A stretch of DNA of 63,833 bases, filler included, from Sphacelaria rigidula (Eukaryota), in assembly GCA_964200075.2 (NCBI GenBank). It is 10 parts of 10 records of this genome, joined end to end, with 100 filler letters (N's around TTAATTAATTAA, not from the genome) between each part and the next. Parts side by side here need not be neighbours in the genome. Positions count along the whole stretch, not along the records: positions 25,577 to 31,869 come from CAXNAA020020961.1; positions 31,970 to 38,262 come from CAXNAA020020962.1; 8 more parts are not named here. The stretch is one strand, 5' to 3'. This document shows positions 25,477-36,260 of this stretch, piece by piece. The notes under the pieces were generated by a model that was given only the letters and a program-made list of their open reading frames with translations, was not told the origin of the DNA and did no database searches. The stretch's first letter is position 1. The number at the start of each line of letters is the position of its first letter. The position numbers and the translations under genes were made by a program.

Positions 25477-25881
25477 NNNNNNNNNNNNNNNNNNNNNNNN
25501 NNNNNNNNNNNNNNNNNNNNTTAATTAATTAANNNNNNNNNNNNNNNNNNNNNNNNNNNNNNNNNNNNNNNNNNNNGGGAAAGCACGACTTTTGAGTTGA
25601 ACCTCATTTTTGTTTTCAACCCCATTTTCGAAAATCGGCTGTTATATCCATTTCCCTCGCATCCAGGCCTGTTAACATGTATCCATCATTGAGTATGAGT
25701 ATATTCGATCGCAACATAGGTACGAAGGTACCTCCCGCCGCTTAGCTGGTCTAGTTGGCAACCATCAATTTCTCAACCTATCCCCATCGAGACCTTGCCA
25801 GCTGCAGTGCTGCACGCTGGCTTTGCACGAGCATGATTGTGTCGATGGGGAGAAAATCTGAAATCTGCCAATCCGTTGCAG

Positions 25882-28800
25882 GACCCCGGGTACATTCATC
25901 TCAACAACTACTTCGCGAGCCTGGGCAGCCTGTCGCCCTCCATCAAACGTCAAAACAGGCTCGCCTCCATGTCCGAGACCTCAAAAAGCAACAGCAGCGC
26001 ATCGGAATCACCTGCAGCGAGAGCACCAGCATCAACAGCGTCAAGATCATCGTCAAGCGATGAATGCGCCAACGACAGCCCTGCACTAGAAAGAAAGGGA
26101 TCTCGGTCTTTCTTGGATGGGCTATTGGAAGCAGGCGTGAAAGAGCCAATGCTCGGCATCGCAAGGGCAGGGTACGCCAACACTGTGGGGGCCGCGCTAG
26201 AGGATACCGGGCTAGGAGGCGTTTGCTATTGTGAGGGCGAGTGGGATGTGGACGGGGATCACACTTTCTTAGTCAAGGTGATGTTCCCATTCCGCTGGAA
26301 CAGTAGTACAGCTGACAAAAAACTTGTGGAAATGTCTAGTTTCGTCCCAATTATTACCGATGTCCCCCTCGGGGGAGAAGCGCGGCACGTCCAGTTGTAT
26401 TGACGGAGTGCCTGTTTATCGTGGAGTTGATGCTTTTTCATCCTCCAAGATGGCGTTCAGGCTGAGCACGCTGCTGTGACCGTATACTAAAAGTCTGTTG
26501 CACTTGGTAACTCCGAAAGTGTTTCTGTGACAGCACGCGGTAGGCATTGGTCGGAAAGGATGCCAACTGAAGGATGCGGACCAGAAGGTCGTCTGAACTC
26601 AAACCATTGTCGTACAACAAACGAGTAGTTTCTATTTGAGATTCGTGAGTTTTGATGCCGCGTTGTCCCTTTGTTTTGTCTCGCCGCCTATCATCTATCA
26701 CGCGTTTGCTGCGCTTCCCCCGTGTGATAGGGTGGCTTAGGGCTCGTGGTCGACGAGCTGGCTTCCGGAATCAGGAGGTACGGGTCCGTCCGTCGTCCTT
26801 GAACTGCCTCACCTCCTGAATGTGGCATAGTAGGTGGTATGAGGAGCTGCATGGGCTAGCATTTTTTGTTCTCAAGTACGCCGTTGTGTGTAACATATCA
26901 ACCAAGAGACATGGTCGTCTGGTTTGAGGGCTGGGCAACTCGAGTATACTGTGCAACACTTGCGTCATCCTTTTTAAGGGGGGATACAAACGCTATGGAT
27001 AGTACTGTACACCCATTGGCCTCTCTGCTTTTTTCTCCCTTCATACTTGAAATTCCTTCCTTCCTCCTTCCTTCCTTCCTTCTTTCCTTCCCGCGGTACC
27101 AGTCGGCGATGTTGTCCAGGAATCAGTACATCTTTCCCCAAACACCTTCCTGATGTTTTGTTATCGGGGATTGGATCATGACTATCAGCATTCCCGAATC
27201 CGGTAGACTCCCGTCGATTTTTCATTGCTACGAGTACTCCCTTCCCCACGCTTTCAAAAACGTAAAAGAGATTATGCTCGAAAAGAGCATGTCTGCCGAG
27301 ATGCAATTATTCTCCCTACGCTTACACTGGACTAGCCATGCCGAGGTGCGGTGGCTGTAACAAGGTAGCACCGAAGGTGGGGCTCGAACCCACGATCACA
27401 AGATTGAGAGTCTTGCGCTCTACCGACTGAGCTACTCCGGCTTTCCTGTTTTACGTAACTTGTGGCGCAAACTCCACAAGACAAGTACCGCACGGCACTT
27501 TAGAGGCATTGGCGGCTTCATAGCGCTTGATCTCTCTACAATATGGCATGCCTACGATGCGCTTGAAAGCTTCTGCTTGAATCGATTTTCCAAACTAATT
27601 GAACCGCTTTGATTTTTACGACCTATGCAGCTGTGTCCAAACCAGCTGGCCTGCAGCAAAGGTAGACTATGGTACGCCTGGACGTGTACTTGCGACGTGC
27701 GAAGATGGTCGCACAGAGCAAGGCACTCACGTGGTCAGCACGCTGCCTCTCTCCGTCATGCAGGATGGGGTGAGCAGCCATTGTTTTCGTATCTAGAATG
27801 CAATTCCGCCGTTTGGTTTGCACTGAAGGTAAAGCGGTGTCCTGACTCACTGTGAAGCCTGGTGCTGAGTGGATGCCAGTGTGCATTCTAAGGATTCAAC
27901 AACCGAACTATGTGCAAGTAGTCGCATTTTGCATCCTTGTCGCTGTCAAACGGTGTGAAATGCTCTCGAAGCGCAATCGAGGCAATGAAATCCACGCGTA
28001 GACGAGAGGTCTGGCGGCTGCTAACAACACGAGAGACCCCTTGAGGGATTGATTTGTCGTTCGTAGTTGGCCCACCTGTTGACCTTTTGGGATCGTAGAA
28101 CCCCGGTGACACCCGCACAACGGCGCCGCTGCTAACGTCGCAAATATTTGTATTTGCCGTTCCATATACCTGTCAACCTTACCTCTCTCTCTATAGGACG
28201 TCGAGTTCTCGCCTCCTCTGCCGGAGATAAACATGAGGGCATTAAACAAAATGGGCATGTGCAGCGTTTCGAAGGTCATTCTGAAGTTCGATCAGCAGGT
28301 GCTTCCACCGCTCTTGCACAGCTGCATTTCTTCGGACAGCTTCATCCCAGAGTTCTGGTTCAGGTGTGAAACGGTAACCGTCTAGTGTTAGGCGTTGTGC
28401 AACCTCCGGGCCGTCCATGTCCGGTTCCGAGTGTTTTGTTTTTCTAGCCACGCTATCGAAATTTTTACATCATTTGGCCAAATGTCGAAACTGATGATGG
28501 AAGAAATCAACCGTGGATCGCGTTCGCCATGGTGACGTCATCGCTCACCTCTTGCGCAGTTTTCCGGGTTCCCCCCCATCAAGTCCAGACAGTACTTTCA
28601 GACAGTGTACCATAATATCATTCCAGACAACAGCCTAGGAGTTTTCCCGGTTTTTGACAAAACATATCGCCTCTTCATCAACTGGTCATGTCCTTGTCGT
28701 GCATACTCGTACTCCAAAGAAGAGTATTACACATACTTGCACCCGAAAGGTCACGAAAATACGGCAGGATCCGGTGTCCTCTGTCCATGTCCTATTCACA

Positions 28801-30123
28801 TGTTTGAAATCCGCGCTGAGCCCCCCCCCTTTGCCACCGCTAAATATTGCTCGTCTCGCTCTTGCTCTCCATCAACTCGGTGTGGCAACACCCGGCCATT
28901 GTGTAGGCATCTTTCCAATACACCTGAAGGCGGTTACACGGTTCTCGCAGTAGGCTTCGCTGCCGGCCCCGCCGCCGATGCGATATCGGCACTATCGCAA
29001 GAGGAAGCACTGCAGAAGGCCTTGCAGCAGCTCGATAGTATGTTCGGCGGTAGGGATTGGCTGGTGGATTGCGGTGGGTGCACTGGCAAGGGCGACTGGG
29101 AAAACCACAAATCGTCGGAACAAACAACTTCAAGACAACTCTCGCTGAGCGGAATATCAACACATTCTTCCGATGATGACAACAGCGCGGCAAACTGCGA
29201 AGTGAAACGGAGGCACGCCGGCAGAAATGACCAGGATGTTGTCGGTGCTGCCGGTGAACAGACTGTGGTACCCGGAATGCTGCCCAGCGGTTGTTACGAG
29301 GGTGGCCTGGTGCATAATTGGGCAGATGAGCGGTTTGTGCGCGGGGGATACTGTTACCCGAAGCTGGAATTTGACGAGAACACTTATGCTGATGCTGCGT
29401 CTTCAGTGGGAAACAGGCTTTTTTTCGCCGGAGAGCATACAAACATCTCAATGGGGGCGAGCTTGCATGCTGCCATAGATTCAGGAGATAGGTGACCAAC
29501 AATTTTCCCTTGAGGCGATCTCAAATATAGATTTTCCCTGCTGTGACATCACATATTCCGCAACAGAAATGAAATCACGATGACTTACGTCACTTTGATG
29601 GGTTTATTTTTCACCTACTGCATGTGTTGTCGACCACTCAACTCTTATTTTTTGTAGACGATTCGCGATGGAGATTTGTGGGTATTTTGACGCGACTTGC
29701 TTTGCTCATCTGTGTCTTCAGCAGTCGAAACATTCATAACATAGTTTGCTCCTATTAAGAGCAGTCAACCCTCTCACAATAGAGTTTGCTCTCCATTACT
29801 AGGATCGATCGTCGGAATGACCGAACAAGCGTGAAATCCAATATCTAGTGGGTTTGACTTGATCGATTTACCTGTGACTGCTCATCTGCCGACTAATACG
29901 ACACACATATATATATATATATAAATTACCATCATGATCCGGGAGTAGGGCCGCATTGGAGGTGGCGACGTCAGTGAAAGCCGAGCGAGAGGGGCGAGAA
30001 AGGGAGTTCTCGATCAACGCAAGCGCTGTCGGGAGCAAAGCTGTCGGCGATGGCGGCTCGGCGGGTACAAGCTCAATTGAGCGTGTCTCCTCCGCTGACG
30101 ATGAGCTCGCTGTCAGTACCTAA
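25882..30123 (+). CDS. Flavin-containing amine oxidase family protein (polyamine oxidase/LSD1-like catalytic domain); N-terminus outside the contig
   Basis: Six in-phase exons: 25882-26277, 26731-26777, 27631-27769, 28197-28363, 28907-29491 and 29949-30123 (TAA). Motifs: GGLGLVVDELA, VVSTLPLSVMQ, VEFSPPLP...KVILKF, HNWADERFVRGGYCY, RLFFAGEHT...LHAAIDSGDRAA. Confidence 0.9.
27369..27441 (-). tRNA. tRNA-Glu-CTC: Intact 73-nt tRNA with anticodon CTC (Glu) but a tRNA-Lys-like body; antisense within an amine oxidase intron
   Basis: Sequence GCCGGAGTAGCTCAGTCGGTAGAGCGCAAGACTCTCAATCTTGTGATCGTGGGTTCGAGCCCCACCTTCGGTG. Acceptor GCCGGAG/CTTCGGT, D stem GCTC/GAGC, anticodon stem CAAGA/TCTTG with loop CTCTCAA, T arm GTGGG-TTCGAGC-CCCAC. 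Confidence 0.92.
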
Positions 30124-30860
30124 TTTCGGAAGCACCATCGGCGCTGCTACGATAACATCCTATGTGTTGGATAACGGTGTATCACGTGTTACGCAGTCGG
30201 AAATAGCGTCAGTGAATGTATGCAGAAACATATTTGTTATGTTTGCTGCATGCAAAGGCGATATCCGACTGAACGAACTGTTTCGAAATTTTTCAGTGGA
30301 TGTTCTTTTTAAATGGAGTATTGAAAACAGTTTGTGCTTAGGTACGCCGGTTCAATTGACCGTTGAATCTCGATCAATGACGATGAGGGTTGTTTTCACG
30401 CATACGCCTGCAAAGACCGGGGTTAGACTAGTGTCAAGACTAGTGGTAGACTAGTGTTGGCGTCATGTCTCATTTCGCCCATGAGTTTTCCAGGATTGTG
30501 CCATACGGGTCAGTCTAATGGTTACTATCGTGGTAGCCTTGATGCTAGTATTGTGAGAGAGGTGCTTTCACCTCCTGCTGGGAAGTCATCACAAGTAGCA
30601 TACTAAAGCCGAATTCGCGTATGTAGCCCATCCCTACATAGTTCCTCCATTCTGCAGAAGTTTTTCGTCTGGGCTTACCTCACAGCGCACAGCGTCCTCT
30701 CCTCGGGAGAGGACTGATGTGACGAGGCGTTTGTGCCGGTTGCTGTTTGGTTCTTGCAAGCACCGCGGGTGTGCGATAGCAGGGTAGCAGGGTTAGAAGT
30801 ATGTGGCCATCATGTTTGTCATTTGTACGTCATATCTGGCGACTAGAGTTGTCGCTGTGT

Positions 30861-31427
30861 GAGTCATGCTACGATAGCGGGGGGGGGTGTTCGATTCCAC
30901 GAAAAAAATGTCTCATAGGTGCGTCAGATAACCCCACACACTCGCGATGCGCTTGTATTTGGGTAAAAGCGATGTCAAACAGTATCAATGAGCGTTATAA
31001 ATCGGAAGCAAGCGCGTTCGAACTACCGTTGCTGCTATCAACGACGATTGCAATGAGAATTTCGTGGAAGAACGCGGCCCAAAATACCCCCCCCCTATCG
31101 TAGCATGCCCCCACGAGGCAGTGTATAAGCTGTCGCTGTCTCGGAAAGTGATGATACCAGAAAATAAAGCAGCTCATTGTAGGCTGTTATCCAAATGCAA
31201 GATAATCAGTAGGCTTCGGGCCGAACATTCTTGGCAGGATGCAGCTCACCCTTCATGCGACTCGCCTAATACACCACGGAGCTTCGCGCTTGGTGATTGA
31301 GTGCGAGCCTGGTCCGGCGAAAACCCGGCGTGCTCCGTCCCGGCTTTGTAGGGATGCGAGGTCGATGGTCTGATGACTACAGTATGGCATGCATGATCAT
31401 GAGTTCACCCCTATCGTAGCATGACTC
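30861..31427. mobile_element. Sola-like MITE (GAG...CTC ends, 4-bp TSD) carrying a family B retro-insertion in its right TIR
   Basis: Perfect 17-bp TIR GAGTCATGCTACGATAG / CTATCGTAGCATGACTC, with GTGT on both sides (30857-30860, 31428-31431). Similar TIR ends occur at ~6449-6468 and ~52125-52144. Confidence 0.7.
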
Positions 31428-34400
31428 GTGTGGTGTAGCTCGGGCAAGTTAACATTGTTAACCGAATATACTTACGCTCAAGGATTGTAACTACTGTACG
31501 TCTGCCTGGATGCAAGGGAACTGGATATTGAGATTGGATCATGACGTACAGGGGAAATACGAGTAGGAGATTAGTTCTGGTATTTATGGTATACCCGATA
31601 TCATGGTTGCAGTAGATATCTGAGGGGGGCACACGCTTTCTCGCGTGGCGAAGAGATGGGATTATGACGGGTCATTTTCTATGAGAGATATTCTCAAGAA
31701 TGAACCCCCCACCTCGTTCAGTGCGGTGCGTGTGTTTTTCTCTGTATATATGTGTGTGAGAGTGCAAGAATGTGTGACTTAATTTTTTAAATGATACCTG
31801 GTCTCAATTGGCCATGACCGGCCTGCAACTTTCCCCGACAGAGCACCCGGTGCATGAGGCTTCGTATTANNNNNNNNNNNNNNNNNNNNNNNNNNNNNNN
31901 NNNNNNNNNNNNNTTAATTAATTAANNNNNNNNNNNNNNNNNNNNNNNNNNNNNNNNNNNNNNNNNNNNCCCTCCCCTGTTTTTTTTTTCTTTTTCGTAA
32001 GTCATTACCAATTTCCTTCTGAAAACTGTTCTGAGATGTTCCGTTGCCAATAACTCACGAAAGAAAAAGAAAACGAGAGGAAAGAAGGGATATTTGCACA
32101 TACGTCCTGTACATCATGTCAAAATTTCATCGAAAACAACGACTCAAAATTGAAGTCGGGAATCGCGTCATTCTCTCGAGATCGACTTGTCTTCTACTCT
32201 CGGCTCGGAGGTCTTCACAAACTGCTCGTCGGTTCCCACACTACGGCGAGACGCCTTGGCGCGCTGGGGGCCTCGTCTGCGTGCATTCCTGGAGACTGCG
32301 CGCGTAGTGCAACATGTGTTGTTGTACAATTGCAGCTTGTGCGGCACCACGCGGCACAACAGTGTTGTTCCCTTTCAATAATATGGAGGCGGTATGTTTG
32401 GAGATTAGGCACCCCAACACAGTACACCAGGCTTCTGATGATACTGACAGTTGACGTATGTGCGGACTGAAGCCGCAGGTAGGTGTTGACGCAGCAATTT
32501 CGGCGACCCAAGGCGTTTTGTGCGCTGGGTGGCTTGAAAGGATGATTATGCACGATGCTGCAGTGACTCCGAAAACAAGATCACTTTCTGATGACAATTC
32601 TAGAGGGTAACAATATGAAGTCCGCGCGGAGGCAGAAGTAGACCTTGCCATCCTTGTTGTTTACATCGTCCCCCTGTTGGCCGAGGGTGGCACCAAGGCG
32701 GGAAATAACCACCAGTGAAGGTTCTCCATATGTTAGAGACAAATGCCCTAGAGTTTTATACGCCGTGCCGAGCAATACGCGGCCGCACAACGCAGCCGAG
32801 GAGAAGAGTGTCTTCTGTAAAGGACCACTGCGCACCTGTTCGGGCAGGGGGCAACGTCTCCTCCCTCATAGTGCCAGACTTAGCGCGGCGGTTACCACGA
32901 CGGTCTGAAAATGACAGGGGCAGTTGTTGTAATTTTTTTCTGTGAGAATCAATCGGATATTCTTCGATGGTGTGCTCCAACGTGAAGATATTCACCTTCC
33001 TCTGGCAGGCGCGTGATCGCCCTTGTGCGGATTTTTCACTTGGTTCCAGAATAGGACAGAGTGCGAGTTGCAATTTGTTTTTTTTTCACGAATGGATCGC
33101 GGGTATTCCAGCCCTGTCGAGGCGCGGCTCGCATCGTACAGTCGGTACTACAGTACTCGTTGTACTGGCACTCGGAACACACAGAGTCAACTTCGTCGGA
33201 TATTACCTTGCGGGGATACATATCGTGCAATAAACGCTTCCCCCTTCCGTAGTGATATGTATCCTTTCCCATCCGCCTGCCAAACGCACGATGGCTGGTC
33301 TGTAGCACCAGGTATGCGTGCTGATGCGGAGACCTCTCTTCCAAGGACGTCTGCTCCTCTAGTCTCACCATATTTTAGGCTTTAGAGTATGACCGTCTCC
33401 AATTGACGCCGCGGATGATGGATTATGATTTCAGTACAATGTCTCCATAATATATTGAAGAGGAACAACACTGTAACCGAGAATCCAATTTCAGCCGTTT
33501 TTTGGCTGGCTCCGCCGCACATGGTACCCTCACCTCTCTACAGTTCGGCACTTGAATACAGTTTGGTATTTCGTTTGATGAGATCTTTTCGGATCGCAGT
33601 GCTACATGGACTTGAAGACAGGCGCTGATTTGCCGATCACCACGATGCGTCGTAGGAGGCACAACCCGCGATATATCGTCAGTTAGAACGGGCTGAAGGA
33701 AAGTGAGCTTCATAGGCCGCCCAGCTCATATTGCATGATGAAAATCCGAGGGAAGACCTGCCTATTGTGCTCTTTCGACGACGTGTCTCGCGTGAAAAGA
33801 CGACTAGATGAACACCGCCACCTCGTAATCACTTGCCTCTACCATGAAAGTATGAATCCCGGCGCATTTTGACTACTATTGGTACACCTAGTTTTGGCTT
33901 TGGGCTGAAAAACATGAATCGTGCGGATCTTGCCGCTTCCCAAAAGTGTCTTTTTGGTATCAGTTTCAGAATTTTTCATGAAATTAAAAAAATAACCCAC
34001 AAAAAGCGACCACAACTGTTGCGTTGTTCGTAGCGGCACCGCGGACGATCCGATTCAGCCGCTACCGGACCCCGAGTTGGTACCACGATTCGAGATAACC
34101 TAGCCGTTTTATCTTCGCTAGGGTTTGTTTTGGAACAGCTTCACGAGTTCCGCAATTTACTGTCCGTGTATCTGCGTATCCTGCAATGTTGTCGTCAATG
34201 TTGTTTCGAAGGGTTGAATGGTACCACTTCAGACGCGGTCGTCCACAAAACGTTCGACTAGCCAGCCACTATGTACTTTTTAATGGAGAAAGACACACCA
34301 TGAGGTGCACCAAATCAGATATGTACTTCTCGTCTTCAGATGGCGTCGTCGTCTGTATCGTTGCCGACGATTTGCCCATCTTGAAGAGCGAGATGTTGAT

Positions 34401-34932
34401 TTTCTTATCAAGTCAGGAATGAAAGACATCAACCCCTGCCCACGCACCCACTTGTACAAGAACGCGTTCGAGATTCATGTCTGAACCTTATATTTTGCAT
34501 ACACCCAACGAGGCACGCACGGCAATGTACTCCCATTTGACCTTTTTCGGTCCGTAGCTCACCTTGACAATGGCATGCAGGTGGGGGTAGGCGATGGCTG
34601 TCTCGGGTCTTGTCTGATAGGGTGTTGAATTACTCGTCCTGCGCGTACTCCCAGTGTTCTCGCACATCGCGGAGTACTGCGTGAGGTACTGTTGACCCTT
34701 CGATGACCGAGTACGAAGTAGTAACTTTCCTCTGAGTCCATGTATGCCAAGGCGAACATCTTGGGCACGGTATTGATGTACGAAGGCTTCCACAGCAATG
34801 ATACCCAGATTTCCGTAGGGTTGTACCAGCAGGCAAGGATAGGCACACCCATACTTGCTGTCTTGTGAGCTGTTACAATTTTATCCCTCGTGTTATGTTG
34901 TGTGCGACTCATCTGGACCTCACGGCGGGCAG

Positions 34933-35205
34933 GTAGGGCTGTTGTTCACCAGCAGGCCACGGGAAGAAGTTTCGAAATATTTCGATGCCCTCGCCGTTGC
35001 CGACCACGCGCCTCCGGGGTTCGTGCACGACGAGACGATCGTTTTACCGACGGGTTCCCTGGGGACATGGCCCGTTTCCATGATGGACCAGTTTAGGAAG
35101 CTGGGCGTGGTGGTGGAGGTGGAGGACGGGGTGCTGGTTAACCGCAAGGCGATTAACATGTGCACCAAGGGGGAGCCCATCACGCCAGAAGGGGCCAAGC
35201 TGCTG
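34933..35205 (+). pseudogene. MRT4: Single exon of mRNA turnover protein 4 (ribosomal P0 paralog, 60S biogenesis); orphan or degenerate copy
   Basis: VGLLFTSRPREEVSKYFDA...LPTGSLGTWPVSMMDQFRKLG...CTKGEPITPEGAKLL followed by a GTGAGA donor matches the MRT4 central domain. No other MRT4 exon was recognised in the contig. Confidence 0.7.
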
Positions 35206-35949
35206 GTGAGAGCAGACATGTGTTGATTTTTCACAACTGTGAAAGGAGTTTTTTGTTGGCCCATTGCACGTGCTGGGGTCCAAGCAAGCCGCGTATTTAG
35301 CACGGTGCCGTGAACTTGGAGCGAAGGACGTGTTGAACACGAAGCACGATAGGATCGGACCATGTGTGTTTTTCGTGTGGTTCAGATTTTTCGGATGCTT
35401 GCGCCTTTGGATGTGTTGGACCTTGAAACCGGTATCACCTTGGTATCCTTTTTTGTTCCATCAAGCCGGCGCGGGAGTCCTCCTTGACAGTTTTTTTTTA
35501 AAAGCGGCGCTCCGAGTTACTATTTCGGTCGTGCAGCACGTACACCACAGCGTTATAGCACCGGTTCAAACGTTTGATGACACACGAACTCGATAAGCAT
35601 CACACGCTCATCTCTATGCTGCTGGCGTGAAATACCCTACCCCTCTAAAGTCTGCTGCGATACGAGAGCTCGCATGTGATTTCCGTTTCGGCAAGTTCTC
35701 GTACAGAATGAACGTCGTACCAACAAAGTTTCCATACAGCAGTCGAAATTCAAATCTGGAAGTTCACTCGAACGGGAACTGTTAGCTGTTGGCACACTAT
35801 TATATGTGTCATCGCTAGTCGTAAGCTATAGGATCGGCAGGTGATGGAAGATGAACAAGACGTTCATCAGAATGTTTCTCAATTTTCTGTTGTTCTAGTA
35901 ATAGGGGGTAAAAGCCTGTTCTTGGAGGTATCATATTTCCCGTTTCCTG

Positions 35950-36260
35950 GTCCAGAAACACGGTGTTTCTGCTGTAGCGCAGCAAATGGGTGGAAATTAC
36001 CAAGTGGAAGACTGGATGATTTTTCATCAGAACTATCAAGATTGATTTGATCAAGGAGGAAAATTGTAAAAAACATAACCTCGGGCTGTGTACTTGTGGG
36101 ACACCCGACGACCGACATCGTATTGGACCAAAAATTGTCCATTTGAACGTTGACTGCTATGTAGAGGGACCGAGGCATAGCCAAGAACTGATTACCAGCT
36201 GCACGTTGCACCGTAGCGTGGACGATAGCATCATGAAGCAGCTTCAAAGCTCTTGTTTAT
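35950..36260 (-). pseudogene. Possible degenerate Sola-type transposase fragment
   Basis: MPRSLYIAVNVQMDNFWSN...FFTIFLL resembles the LPxxLYxQxDNCxxxNKN motif. The match is short and decayed. Confidence 0.3.

Noticed and set aside
31365..31405. Hammerhead ribozyme (CTGATGA core) in the family B tail
   Set aside because: No GAAA core or supporting stems were found at the proper spacing.
34440..34860. Protein-like minus-strand frames (also 49900-50330 and 62300-63530)
   Set aside because: No recognisable motifs or consistent splice structure. These are probably decayed TE or other relics that I cannot assign.
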